DNA of 64,000 bases from an uncultured delta proteobacterium (GTDB taxonomy: Bacteria; Desulfobacterota; Binatia; UBA9968), in the NCBI GenBank assembly GCA_963771465.1, contig CAVYTU010000014.1, positions 160,001 through 224,000 on the forward strand, written 5' to 3'. Below, in pieces: positions 40,684 to 51,481 of the stretch (position 1 is its first letter; each line of letters opens with the position of its first letter). Made by a program: the position numbers and the translations under genes. The notes below the pieces were generated by a model that saw only the letters and a list, made by a program, of their open reading frames with translations, made no database searches and was not told where the DNA came from.

Positions 40684-41739
40684 ATGATCCTTGGAAAAAA
40701 GAAAGCGGTGCGCTTGACGCAAGAGGTCAAGGCCGCGGGTTGAGCCGCTAAGCTCGGCCCCGCCGACCTCGCGCAAGTTTTGCGCGACCTACCGAAGTTC
40801 AAACATCCCGACATGCTGGTCGGCACCGAAACCGCCGACGACGCCGGCGTGTTTCGACTGCGGCCCGACCTGGCCATCGTCAACACGGTGGATTTTTTCA
40901 CACCCATCGTCGACGATCCCTATCTGTTCGGCCAGATTTCCGCCGCCAATTCGCTGAGCGATGTTTACGCCATGGGCGGCGAGCCCAAGACCTGCATGAA
41001 CATCGTCTGTTTTCCCAAGGGCAAAATGGACTTCTCCATTCTCGGTGAGATCCTCAAAGGCGGCGCCGACAAGGTTATAGAAAGCGGCGCAGTGATCATC
41101 GGCGGCCACAGTATCATCGACGAAGAAATAAAATATGGCATGTCCGTTACCGGCGTCATTCATCCGGACAAAATCTTTCGCAACGTCGGCGTCCAGGAAG
41201 GCGATGTGTTAATTTTGACCAAACCGCTTGGCACCGGCATCGTCACGACCGCGCTCAAACGGGGCAAAGCGTCTGAAGAGAGCGTCAGCCAAGCTGTGGC
41301 TTCCATGACCGCGCTCAATGCCGCCGCCTCTCTCGTCGCGCGCAAACATCCGGTTCACGCGGTTTCCGATGTCACCGGATTTGGCATCCTCGGCCACGCT
41401 CAGGAAATGGCCAGCGGCAGCGGCATTACGCTGATCATTGAATCCGCCAAACTGCCGCTTTTGAAAAGCGCGGTGCGTCTGGCCGAAAAGGGTTACATCA
41501 CGGGCGGCTGCAAACGCAATAAAGATTATCTCGATGATAAGATGGCGATCGAAAAATCCATTCGCGAAGGTCTCGTCGAAGTTGCCCTCGACCCGCAAAC
41601 CTCCGGCGGCCTGCTCATCGCCGTCGCCAAACGCCACGCCGCCAAAGTCGTCGAAGAGCTCCACGCCGCCGGCGTCGCAGCGGCCTGCGAAGTCGGCTAC
41701 GCGATTTCACAGCAGAAGCCGTGGGTGCGTTTGGTTTGA
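40684..41739 (+). CDS. selD: Selenide, water dikinase (selenoprotein; UGA at 40741-40743 = Sec20)
   Basis: MILGKKKAVRLTQEVKAAG-U-AAKLGP is in frame with DDAGV, DFFTPIVDDP, NSLSDVYAMGG, DVTGFG, DPQTSGGLL. Confidence 0.95.
40744..40787 (+). promoter_or_regulatory. Candidate bacterial SECIS element of selD
   Basis: Hairpin TCGCGCAA-GTT-TTGCGCGA (40769-40787) with a G-starting loop 33 nt after the UGA, preceded by a TCGGC-CCC-GCCGA hairpin. Confidence 0.55.
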
Positions 41740-41916
41740 CGTAGTACGCCGCGTTGGCGCACGGCGAATTGCATCTTCTGCCGGGTTTTTTGCGGCTGCC
41801 AGCAGGTTCGATGGGAGGAAGCTAACCCGCCTCGTTTTCCAAAGTCAGAATGTGTCGCCTGCTGCCCGATGTCCAGCGGGAAAACCTGCTCCCGTCTGCT
41901 AGACTGCGATCAAGTC

Positions 41917-44023
41917 ATGAGCATACCGAGTTTACTGCGCCGCCTCAGTCATCTTTACGGGATTCAATCCGCTTATCGTGACGGCCTCGGCCAACTTCGC
42001 CAAGCGCCCAGCGAAACGATCCTGCGCGCGCTGCAAGCGCTCGGCGCGCCGATGGAGCGGCTCGATGATATCGACAGCGCCTACCGGCAACGCCGCCAAG
42101 CGCTTTGGCAGCGTGTGATCGAGCCGGTGGTTGTAAATTGGCAGAACCAGCCATTACAATTCAAGGTTCGGGTTCCTTGCCAACTTGCCGAAGCTCCATC
42201 GTCTTATCACATCGTTTTGGAAGACGGCGCCGTGCTCGACGGCGAGCTGGGCGACGATTCCACGTTTGCGAGAGTGAGTCGCGACGTTGAGTCGACGCGC
42301 TACGTAACCCGCCGCTTGCTCGGTCAGCTACAGATACCGCTCGGTTATCATCGACTTTTCTTCCGCATCGGCGATCTTGAAGCGGAATCCTATCTTTTTT
42401 GCCCGCCGCTGCATGCCTACACGCCGGCTTACGGCCAATCCAAGCGTTGGGGTCTTTTCTGTCCGCTCTACGCACTTCATTCCGAGCGGAGCTGGGGCGC
42501 CGGCGACTTCTCTGATCTGGCACAGTTGAGCGAATTCACCGCGCAACACGGCGGCCACGCGGTGGCAACCTTGCCGATGTTAGCGAGCTTTTTGGATGAG
42601 CCGTTCAATCCCAGCCCGTATGCGCCGGTGAGCCGGCTGTTTTGGAATGAGTTTTTTCTCAACATCGAGCAAATACCCGAACTAGAAGAATGTACTGCAG
42701 GCAAAATCGATCCTCTCGGCGAACTTTGCCGCCCAACTGCAAGAACTCAGCGCCGCGCCCCTAGTTCGATACCGCGAGGTCATGGCGCTCAAGCGCCAAG
42801 TTCTCGAGGCGCTGTCACAAAACCTGCTAAGCAGTTCGTCGGAACGCAGAATCAGATTCGAGAACTACGTCGCGACCCATCCGGTCGCTCAGGATTACGC
42901 CGCGTTTCGAGCCAGGACCGAGCGCGAACGAAAAAGCTGGCTGCTATGGCCGGTGGCACCGCGCGATGGCAAGTTGCGGGTGGATGACTATGACGCGAAC
43001 ACCCAACGTTATCATCTCTACGTTCAATGGCTCTGCGACGAGCAGATTGCCGCGGTCCACCAACGATCGCACGCCAGCGGCGCGTCGCTTTATCTCGACT
43101 TCCCGCTCGGCGTCAATCGCGATGGCTACGATGTCTGGCGCCAACGCGAGCTATTTGCCTTCGATATGAGCGGCGGCGCGCCGCCCGATGGACTGTTCGT
43201 CAAAGGCCAGAACTGGGGCTTTCCGCCGCTTCATCCGGAAGCGCTTCGCAAGCAAGGCTATCGTTATTACATCGAATCGTTGCGCCACCACATGCGCTTG
43301 GCCGGTATGTTGCGCATCGATCATGTGATGGGTCTGCACCGCGCCTTCTGCGTGCCGCAGGGCTTTGGCGCCGGCGACGGCGTTTACGTGCACTACCGCG
43401 CCGCCGAGTTCTACGCAATCTTGAATCTGGAATCCCAGCGCCATCAGGTGGAGATCGTCGGTGAAAACCTCGGCACCGTTCCCGACTATGTCAATCGAGC
43501 GATGACGCGCCATCACATCCGCGGCATGCATGTCGGCCAGTTCGGTGTGAACCCAGACGCCGATCACGCCCTCGATGAAGTTCCCGCCAACGTCATCGCC
43601 AGCCTCAACACGCACGACACCGCCACGTTCATGGGATTCTGGCAAGCCGGGGACATCACCGATCGAGTGAAATTGGGCCTCATCGAAGAAGCCCAAGCAA
43701 AAAATGAATTGGACTACCGCAGCGCCCAGCGCGCCGCACTTGAATCGTTCCTGCGCGCCCGCGCGCTGCTGAACGGCGATGCATCGGCAACCGCGATCCT
43801 CGGGGGTTGGCTCGCCTATCTGGCCGGACAAGACGAAGATTTCTTGCTGATCAACCTCGAAGATCTTTGGCTCGAGCCGACGCCGCAAAATGTTCCCGGC
43901 ACCTGGCATGAGCGGCCCAATTGGCAGCGCAAAGCGCGTTTCTCCATTGAGGCGATTCGCCGAGACAACGCACTCGGTGACATTTTGACGACCATTGGCG
44001 ACATACGGCGCCGGATGGTTTAG
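41917..44023 (+). CDS. malQ: 4-alpha-glucanotransferase (amylomaltase, GH77), frameshift near 42700
   Basis: WG.GDFSDL, SPYAPVSRLF, YLDFPLGV, GAPPD..GQNWG, LRIDHVMG, GENLG, THD, NVPGT. Confidence 0.93.
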
Positions 44024-44032
44024 AATATTTCA

Positions 44033-45943
44033 ATGTCGCAGCCTCAATCCTTCAGCCTACTGACAGCCCACGACAGCTACCTGTTCAACGAAGGCAGCCA
44101 CTTCCGTCTGTACGATAAACTGGGCGCCCACGTCATCACCGACAACGGCGTGTCGGGAACTTATTTCGCCGTCTGGGCGCCGGATGCCGAGGCGGTTTCA
44201 GTGATCGGCGAGTTCAATGGTTGGAACAAAGCCAGTCATTGTTTAGCACCCAAAGCGCATACCGGTATTTGGGAAGGTTTTTTTCCCGACGTTGGCAAGG
44301 GCGCGCTGTACAAGTATCACATCGCGTCGCGCTTTCAGGCCTACCGCGTCGACAAGGCCGATCCGTTTTCTCTATTCAACGAAATCCCGCCGAAGACCGC
44401 GTCCATCGTCTGGGACTTGGATTTCGCGTGGAATGATCGCCAATGGATGGCCGCGCGCCACCAAATCAATCGCCTCGACAAGCCCATGTCGATCTACGAA
44501 ATGCATTTGGGCTCGTGGCGCAGAAATTTCGCCGACGCCGGCCGCTCGCTATCCTATCGCGAGCTGGCGCCTGAACTCGCCGACTATCTCGATCGCCTCG
44601 GCTTCACTCATGTCGAATTCATGCCGGTGATGGATCATCCCTTTTTCGGCTCGTGGGGTTATCAAATAACCGGCTACTTCGCGCCGTCAGGAAATTTTGG
44701 CACGCCGCAGGATTTCATGTACTTGATCGACGTGCTGCATCAGCGCGGCATCGGCGTCATCCTTGACTGGGTGCCGTCCCATTTCCCCAGCGACGAGCAT
44801 GGACTAGGCTTCTTCGACGGCACTCATCTATACGAGCACGCCGACCCGCGCCAAGGTTACCACCCGGAGTGGAAGAGCTTTATTTTTAATTTTGGCCGCA
44901 AGGAAGTGCAGAGTTTTCTGATCAGCAATGCGCTGTTCTGGCTCGACAAGTATCATATCGATGGATTCCGCGTCGACGCCGTGGCGTCGATGCTCTACCT
45001 TGACTACGCCCGCAAAGACGGCGACTGGATACCGAACGCGTATGGCGGCCGGGAAAGTATCGCCGCCATCGATTTTCTGCGCCGGCTGAACGGCGCCGTC
45101 TACGAACACTATCCCGACGTGCAAACCATCGCGGAAGAATCGACCGACTGGCCGATGGTGTCGCGGCCCAACCACGTCGGCGGCTTGGGCTTCGGTCTCA
45201 AGTGGGACATGGGCTGGATGCACGACACGTTGGAATATATGCGCAAGGACGCCATCCACCGGCGATATCATCAAAATAGTTTGACCTTTCGCATGATTTA
45301 CGCCTTTCATGAAAACTTCGTCTTGCCGCTGTCGCACGACGAAGTCGTTTACGGCAAAGGCTCGCTGCTCGGCAAAATGTCCGGCGATGGATGGCAGCAG
45401 TTCGCCAATCTGCGCGCGCTTTACGGCTACATGTACGCCCAGCCGGCGAAGAAACTGTTGTTCATGGGCGGCGAGTTTGCCCAGCGCAGCGAGTGGGTTC
45501 ACGATGGCAGTCTCGATTGGGATTTACTCGAATCCCCGTCCCATGCCGGCGTACAGCGTTGGCTCAGCGACTTGAACTGGTTTTACCGCGCCGAGCCGGC
45601 GCTCCACGAACTCGACTGCGAACCGGCCGGTTTTGAGTGGATCGATTGCAGCGATGCCGAGGGCAGCGTGTTGAGCTTGATCCGCAAAGGCAAATCGACG
45701 CCGACCGTGGTGCTAGCGGTCTGTAACTTCACGCCGGTGCCGCGCGCCGGTTATCGCATCGGCGCGCCACGCCGCGGCTTTTGGCGCGAAGCCCTCAACA
45801 GCGATGCCACGAGCTATGGCGGCAGCGGCGTCGGTAATCTCGGCGGCATCGAAGCCGAAGCAACGCCGCTGCACGGCCGCCCCTGTTCGTTGACCTTAAC
45901 ATTACCGCCGCTGTCAGTGGTGTTTTTTACCAACCAAGCATAG
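44033..45943 (+). CDS. glgB: 1,4-alpha-glucan branching enzyme
   Basis: [48 protein letters not shown]. Confidence 0.97.
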   Translation: MSQPQSFSLLTAHDSYLFNEGSHFRLYDKLGAHVITDNGVSGTYFAVWAPDAEAVSVIGEFNGWNKASHCLAPKAHTGIWEGFFPDVGKGALYKYHIASRFQAYRVDKADPFSLFNEIPPKTASIVWDLDFAWNDRQWMAARHQINRLDKPMSIYEMHLGSWRRNFADAGRSLSYRELAPELADYLDRLGFTHVEFMPVMDHPFFGSWGYQITGYFAPSGNFGTPQDFMYLIDVLHQRGIGVILDWVPSHFPSDEHGLGFFDGTHLYEHADPRQGYHPEWKSFIFNFGRKEVQSFLISNALFWLDKYHIDGFRVDAVASMLYLDYARKDGDWIPNAYGGRESIAAIDFLRRLNGAVYEHYPDVQTIAEESTDWPMVSRPNHVGGLGFGLKWDMGWMHDTLEYMRKDAIHRRYHQNSLTFRMIYAFHENFVLPLSHDEVVYGKGSLLGKMSGDGWQQFANLRALYGYMYAQPAKKLLFMGGEFAQRSEWVHDGSLDWDLLESPSHAGVQRWLSDLNWFYRAEPALHELDCEPAGFEWIDCSDAEGSVLSLIRKGKSTPTVVLAVCNFTPVPRAGYRIGAPRRGFWREALNSDATSYGGSGVGNLGGIEAEATPLHGRPCSLTLTLPPLSVVFFTNQA

Positions 45944-46009
45944 TGCAAAAGAACTCCTTGATCGAAGCCTTTACTTAAAATTGAAGCCAGGCAAAATTCA
46001 CAGCGCGCT

Positions 46010-47449
46010 ATGAAGATCGCCATGATTGCCTCCGAAGCCAGCCCGTTCGCCAAGACCGGCGGCTTAGCCGATGTCCTCGGCGCGCTGTCGGTCGCGCTGG
46101 AACGCTTGGGCCACGAAGTTTTGCTGATTATTCCGGCGTATCGCTCGGTGCTACAAGGCGAGTTCGCCGGTCGGGAAACGACATTGAAGTTTGCCGTGCC
46201 GGTTTCCCATCGCCAAGAGCCAGCGGCGGTTTTACAATCCACCGCCGGCAAAGCGGTCACGGTCTATTTCGTGCGAGCCGATCGCTACTTTGACCGGGAA
46301 TTTCTTTACGGCACACCGGCCGGAGATTATCCCGACAATGCCGAGCGGTTCGTCTTCTTTAGTCGTGCCGCGCTGGAAATTCTTCGGACTTTTCCCGTGG
46401 ACATCGTCCACGCCCACGATTGGCAAGCCGCCCTCACGGTCGTCTTCCTCAAGACTCAACCGGCGCGTTACCCGGAAACCGCGGCAGCGAAAACCGTCTT
46501 CACGATTCACAATCTCGCCTTCCAAGGCCGCTTCTGGCAGGGCGACTGGCATCTGTTGAATCTCGATTATGGTTTTTTCACGCCGCAGTTTTTAGAGTTC
46601 TACGCCAACATCAATTTTCTCAAAGGCGCATTGCTCTTCGCCGATCGGCTCACCACCGTAAGCCCGTCCTACGCTAAAGAGATCATGACGCCGGCGCAAA
46701 GCTTTGGCTTGGAAGGCGTCCTGCGCCAGCGCGCCGGCGATTTGGTGGGGATTTTGAACGGCGTCGATTACAGCCAGTGGAATCCCTGGACCGATCCCTT
46801 CATCTCACACCACTATGGCGAGCATAGCCTAATCAACAAGCGCGGCTGCAAAGAGTCACTGCGGGGCAATCTTGACTTGCCCGAGCAGCCCGGCATGCCG
46901 ATCATCGCGATGATTTCGCGGCTCACGGGGCAAAAGGGTTTCGACCTGGTGGAGAGCATTTTCGATCGTCTGATGGAGCGCCCTGTGCAATTTGTCTTGC
47001 TCGGCAGCGGCGAGCGTCGATTCGAAGAGTTTTTCCGCGCCGCGGCGGCACGTTACTCGGGTCGGGTCGCGGTACGCATCGGTTTTGACGAACCGCTGGC
47101 GCACCAGATTGAAGCCGGCGCCGATTTATTCTTGATGCCGTCACTCTACGAGCCGTGCGGCTTGAATCAAATGTACAGTCTCAAATACGGCACGATTCCC
47201 ATCGTTCATGGGGTTGGCGGCCTAAGGGACACCATTCAAGATTATGATTCCGCGCGCGACACCGGCACGGGTTTTGTCTTTGACGATTATGAACCCCAAG
47301 CGCTGCTCGATGCTATCGATCGAGGGTTAACCGCTTACAACGACAAAAACGCTTGGACCGGATTGCGGCGCCGTGCCATGGCGATGGATTTTTCTTGGGA
47401 GCGCTCCGCGCATGCCTACAGCAACTTGTACCAGCAACTTTTGCATTAA
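46010..47449 (+). CDS. glgA: Glycogen synthase
   Basis: KTGGLADV, HAHDWQ, TIHN, GILNG, PSLYEPCGL. Confidence 0.97.
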   Translation: MKIAMIASEASPFAKTGGLADVLGALSVALERLGHEVLLIIPAYRSVLQGEFAGRETTLKFAVPVSHRQEPAAVLQSTAGKAVTVYFVRADRYFDREFLYGTPAGDYPDNAERFVFFSRAALEILRTFPVDIVHAHDWQAALTVVFLKTQPARYPETAAAKTVFTIHNLAFQGRFWQGDWHLLNLDYGFFTPQFLEFYANINFLKGALLFADRLTTVSPSYAKEIMTPAQSFGLEGVLRQRAGDLVGILNGVDYSQWNPWTDPFISHHYGEHSLINKRGCKESLRGNLDLPEQPGMPIIAMISRLTGQKGFDLVESIFDRLMERPVQFVLLGSGERRFEEFFRAAAARYSGRVAVRIGFDEPLAHQIEAGADLFLMPSLYEPCGLNQMYSLKYGTIPIVHGVGGLRDTIQDYDSARDTGTGFVFDDYEPQALLDAIDRGLTAYNDKNAWTGLRRRAMAMDFSWERSAHAYSNLYQQLLH

Positions 47450-47473
47450 CCGGAGGAGCAAAAAAAGAGGCTC

Positions 47474-48724
47474 ATGATGTACATCCTAGGTGTCGTGATG
47501 GCCGGCGGACGCGGCGAGCGGCTTTATCCGTTGACCCAACATCGGGCCAAGCCCGCCGTGCCCTTTGCCGCTCGCTATCGTATCATCGATTTTGTCCTGT
47601 CGAATTTCATCAACTCCGGCATCTTGTCGATCTACGTCGTCACTCAGTTCAAAGCGCAGTCGCTGCTGGAGCACTTGGATCGCGGCTGGCGCACGACCGA
47701 TTTTCTCGGCGAACGTTTCGTCATTCCGGTGCCCGCGCAGATGCGCTCCGGCGACGATTGGTATCAAGGCACCGCCGATTCGATTTATCAGAATCTATAT
47801 TTACTCGAACGCCACAGTCCCAAACTCGTCGCGGTGTTCGGCGCCGACCACATCTACCGGATGAACGTGCGCCAGATGATCGACGACCACCAAAATCAAG
47901 CGGCCGACGCCACGGTGGCCGCGCTGCCGGTCAAGATCGAAGAAGCGCCGCAGTTCGGCGTGATCGAGATCGACGACAACTGGCGGATTATCGGCTTCGA
48001 CGAGAAACCCAAGGAGCCAAAATCAATTCCCGGTGAACCGAGCTTAGCGCTGGTGTCCATGGGCAACTATCTTTTCAACAATGAAGTGCTCATCGAAACG
48101 CTCAATCGCGATGCCGCCAATCCAGCGAGTAAGCATGATTTTGGCCGCGACATTCTCCCGGCAATGGTCAAAAGCGGTCGAGTCTTCGCCTACGATTTTC
48201 GCAAGAACCGCGTGCCCAGTCCATCCAAGGGCGAAGAGCCGAGCTACTGGCGCGACCTCGGCACCATCGAAGCGTACTTTGACGCCAACATGGATCTCTG
48301 CTCCATCGATCCGTCGTTTAATTTATACAATCGGAGTTGGCCGCTACGTACGGTCGGCTACGCCGATCCACCGGCCAAATTCGTCTTTGACTGGTCCGAC
48401 CGTCAAGGCATGGCAGTCAACTCGATCGTGGCCGAAGGCACGATCATCAGCGGTAGTCATGTGCACAATTGCGTCGTCGGTAGAAACGTGCGCATTCATA
48501 GCTTCAGTCGGGTCGAGAACTCTGTGATCATGGATTGGGTCGAGATCGGCCGCAATTGCCGCATCCGCAACGCGATCATCGACAAAGCCAACGTGATTCC
48601 CTCCGGCACCGAGATCGGTTACGACACGGCGAAAGACCGCGAACGCTACTTCGTCTCGCCGTCTGGCATCGTCGTGCTTGGGCGCGGCCCGCGCAAAACT
48701 ACGTGGATCATGGAGAGCCCATAG
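47474..48724 (+). CDS. glgC: Glucose-1-phosphate adenylyltransferase
   Basis: AGG.GERL.PLT..RAKPAVPF, WYQGTAD, DHIY, EKP, SMGNY, HDFG, YWRD.GT. Confidence 0.97.
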   Translation: MMYILGVVMAGGRGERLYPLTQHRAKPAVPFAARYRIIDFVLSNFINSGILSIYVVTQFKAQSLLEHLDRGWRTTDFLGERFVIPVPAQMRSGDDWYQGTADSIYQNLYLLERHSPKLVAVFGADHIYRMNVRQMIDDHQNQAADATVAALPVKIEEAPQFGVIEIDDNWRIIGFDEKPKEPKSIPGEPSLALVSMGNYLFNNEVLIETLNRDAANPASKHDFGRDILPAMVKSGRVFAYDFRKNRVPSPSKGEEPSYWRDLGTIEAYFDANMDLCSIDPSFNLYNRSWPLRTVGYADPPAKFVFDWSDRQGMAVNSIVAEGTIISGSHVHNCVVGRNVRIHSFSRVENSVIMDWVEIGRNCRIRNAIIDKANVIPSGTEIGYDTAKDRERYFVSPSGIVVLGRGPRKTTWIMESP

Positions 48725-48779
48725 CAGCGCGGGAATAGTTCGCCGACCGCGCACCTCAAATCACCGAACCATCGTTGTC

Positions 48780-51191
48780 ATGGAACGCTACCTCTGCATA
48801 CACGGCCACTTTTACCAACCGCCGCGAGAAAATCCTTGGCTCGAAGCCATTGAGTTGCAAGACTCGGCCTATCCGTATCACGACTGGAACGAGCGCATCA
48901 CCCACGAATGCTACGCGCCCAATGCCGTGGCGCGCATCTTGGATGGCGAGAACCGAATCATCAAGCTGATCAATAACTATTCAAAGATCAGTTTTAATTT
49001 CGGCCCAACCTTATTGTCGTGGCTCGAGGCCAAAGCGCCGGTGGTTTACCAGGCGATTCTCGACGCCGACCGAGAGAGTCAAGAAAAATTTTCCGGCCAC
49101 GGCTCCGCGCTGGCGCAGGTTTACAATCACGTCATCATGCCGCTGGCCTCGCGGCGCGACCGGGTGACACAGATTCGCTGGGGCATCCGCGACTTTGAGC
49201 AGCGCTTTAAGCGCCCACCGGAGGGCATGTGGCTGGCCGAAACTGCGGTGGATTTGGAAACCCTCGAACTGCTTGCGAGCGACGGCATACGTTTCACCAT
49301 CCTGGCGCCACATCAGGCCGCGCGCTTTGGCAAGATCGGCGAAAATAATTGGACGGAAATCGACGGCGCAACCATCGATCCAAGCCGCGCCTATCGCCAA
49401 ACTCTACCGTCGGGTAAAACCATCGCGCTATTTTTTTACGACGGACCGATCGCCCGCGCCGTCGCCTTTGAAGGCTTGCTCACCCACGGCGAACAGTTCA
49501 TCGGCAAATTGCTCGGCGGCTTTGCCGCCGAGCGTACCTGGCCGCAACTCATGCACATCGCCACCGACGGCGAGAGCTACGGCCATCACCATCGCTTCGG
49601 CGACATGGCGCTCGCCTACGCCCTCGAACAGATCGAAGCCAAGCAACTCGCGCGGCTGACCAACTACGGCGAGTTTTTGGCGAAGCATCCGCCGACCCAC
49701 GAAGTCGAGATCGTCGAGAAAAGTTCCTGGAGCTGCGCCCACGGCATCGACCGCTGGTGGAGCGACTGCGGCTGCAACTCCGGCGGCCATCCAGGTTGGA
49801 ATCAAGCCTGGCGTACGCCGCTGCGGGATGCCCTGGATCGTCTGCGCGATGAAGTCGCGCCGCCCTGGGAAAAAGTCGCCGGCGCGCTCTTCAAGAATCC
49901 TTGGGCGGCGCGCGATGCTTATATCGACGTGATCCTGGATCGATCGGCGGAAAACCTCGAGAAGTTTTTTGCCCGCCAGGCGACCCACCCGCTGACCGCC
50001 AGCGAGCAAGCCACCGGGCTCAAGCTTCTCGAACTGCAACGCCAAGCGCTGCTCATGTACACCAGCTGTGGTTGGTTCTTCGACGATTTATCCGGCATCG
50101 AAACCGTGCAAGTGATTCAGTTCGCCGCCCGCGCTGTACAGCTCGCCGAAGAACTCTTCGGCGATTCTTTTGAAGAGCAATTTGTCGAACGACTGGCGCG
50201 CGCCGAGAGCAACCTCGCCGAACACGGCAATGGCCGGAATATTTATGAGACGATGGTCCGTCCGGCGCGGGTGGACTGGGAGCGCGTCGGCGCGCACTAC
50301 GCGGTGAGTTCGCTATTCGCCGGCTATCCCGCGCAAGCGAAAGTTTATTGCTATCGGGCCGAGCAAAAGGCGTTTCAAGCCTTCACGGCCGGCAAAGCCA
50401 AGCTGGCGGTCGGCCGAATCAATCTCGTCTCGGAAATTACCACGGAGTCGAACGAGCTGGTTTTTGGCGCGCTTCACATGGGCGATCATAACGTCAATGG
50501 CGGCGTGCGGCCGTTTCTCGGCGAGGAAGTCGAGGCCTATCTCGCGGGCGAGCTCGCCGAGCCTTTTTCTCGCGCCGACTTCCCGGAAGTCATTCGCCTC
50601 ATGGACCGCCGTTTCGGCGTCTCGAACTACTCTTTACGCTCGCTTTTTCGCGACGAGCAGCGTCAATTGTTAGAATGGATACTGGCCTCCGCGGTAAGCG
50701 AAACGGAAATTCTTTATCGGCAAATCTATGAACAGCGCGCGCCGCTGCTACGCTTTCTCAAGAGTATTCGCATTCCGTTGCCAAAAGAATTTCAGAACGC
50801 CGCCGAATTCATCGTCAACAAAGATCTGCGCCGCGCCCTTGAAGGAGAACAAGTCAATCAAGAGCGGGTGAGAGATCTGGTCCAAGCCGTCAAGCTGGAA
50901 GGAACGGCACTGGACATAACCACGTTGGAATTTGCCTTTCGAAAAAATCTCGAACGGCTCGCCCGACAACTCGGCGCCACTCCGGACGTGGTGGCGCTGG
51001 AAAAATTGCACGACGCCGTGAGTCTGATCCCCGACTTGCCGTTTTCGGTTAATTTATGGATGGTTCAAAACCTCTACTATCAGCTGTCCAAGACTTTCTA
51101 CCCGACACTGCGCGCCCAACGTCAATCCGACCAAGCCATGATCACGTGCATAAAGGAGTTGGGCAAAATCCTCGGCGTAAAGTGCGATTGA
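48780..51191 (+). CDS. GH57-family glycoside hydrolase with a DUF3536-type C-terminal domain
   Basis: IHGHFYQPPRENPW, SFNFGPTL, WLAETAVD, ATDGESYGHH, SWSCAHG..RW, MYTSCGWFFD. Confidence 0.9.
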   Translation: MERYLCIHGHFYQPPRENPWLEAIELQDSAYPYHDWNERITHECYAPNAVARILDGENRIIKLINNYSKISFNFGPTLLSWLEAKAPVVYQAILDADRESQEKFSGHGSALAQVYNHVIMPLASRRDRVTQIRWGIRDFEQRFKRPPEGMWLAETAVDLETLELLASDGIRFTILAPHQAARFGKIGENNWTEIDGATIDPSRAYRQTLPSGKTIALFFYDGPIARAVAFEGLLTHGEQFIGKLLGGFAAERTWPQLMHIATDGESYGHHHRFGDMALAYALEQIEAKQLARLTNYGEFLAKHPPTHEVEIVEKSSWSCAHGIDRWWSDCGCNSGGHPGWNQAWRTPLRDALDRLRDEVAPPWEKVAGALFKNPWAARDAYIDVILDRSAENLEKFFARQATHPLTASEQATGLKLLELQRQALLMYTSCGWFFDDLSGIETVQVIQFAARAVQLAEELFGDSFEEQFVERLARAESNLAEHGNGRNIYETMVRPARVDWERVGAHYAVSSLFAGYPAQAKVYCYRAEQKAFQAFTAGKAKLAVGRINLVSEITTESNELVFGALHMGDHNVNGGVRPFLGEEVEAYLAGELAEPFSRADFPEVIRLMDRRFGVSNYSLRSLFRDEQRQLLEWILASAVSETEILYRQIYEQRAPLLRFLKSIRIPLPKEFQNAAEFIVNKDLRRALEGEQVNQERVRDLVQAVKLEGTALDITTLEFAFRKNLERLARQLGATPDVVALEKLHDAVSLIPDLPFSVNLWMVQNLYYQLSKTFYPTLRAQRQSDQAMITCIKELGKILGVKCD

Positions 51192-51193
51192 GA

Positions 51194-51440
51194 ACTTACG
51201 CCCGGAATCCCAGCTGAAGTGAATATGTGCGCCGAGGGAGACGCGATCCTTCCGTAGTGAAGACAATGGACCTCTGCCTCTGAGAGGCAAGCGACGTCGC
51301 TGCCAAGCGTGCGATCCTTGGTAGCCATTGAAACGGCTTGCCAACCGAGCAAATTGACTTTGCGGCCCCAGCGTCTGGTGTCTTCACTACTGCAGGATCG
51401 CGCTCGCTACTTCACTTTCAACGACGCAATCCGGGCAAGT
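51194..51440. other. ~247-nt fold-back element between convergent genes (MITE-like or structured RNA)
   Basis: Nested inverted arms GCCCGGA/TCCGGGC, TGAAGTGAA/TTCACTTTCA, CGCGATCCT/AGGATCGCG and GTAGTGAAGACA/TGTCTTCACTAC. Confidence 0.65.
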
Positions 51441-51481
51441 CAAATAGCTGCGGTGTATTCGAAAAATAGGCGATTCAAAAT

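Noticed and set aside
41801-41890. AGCAGGTT/AACCTGCT inverted repeat upstream of malQ
   Set aside because: Only 8 bp with no further pairing; compatible with chance.
37157-41916. tRNA-Sec (selC) near selABD
   Set aside because: No cloverleaf with a UCA anticodon was found in the flanking spacers.
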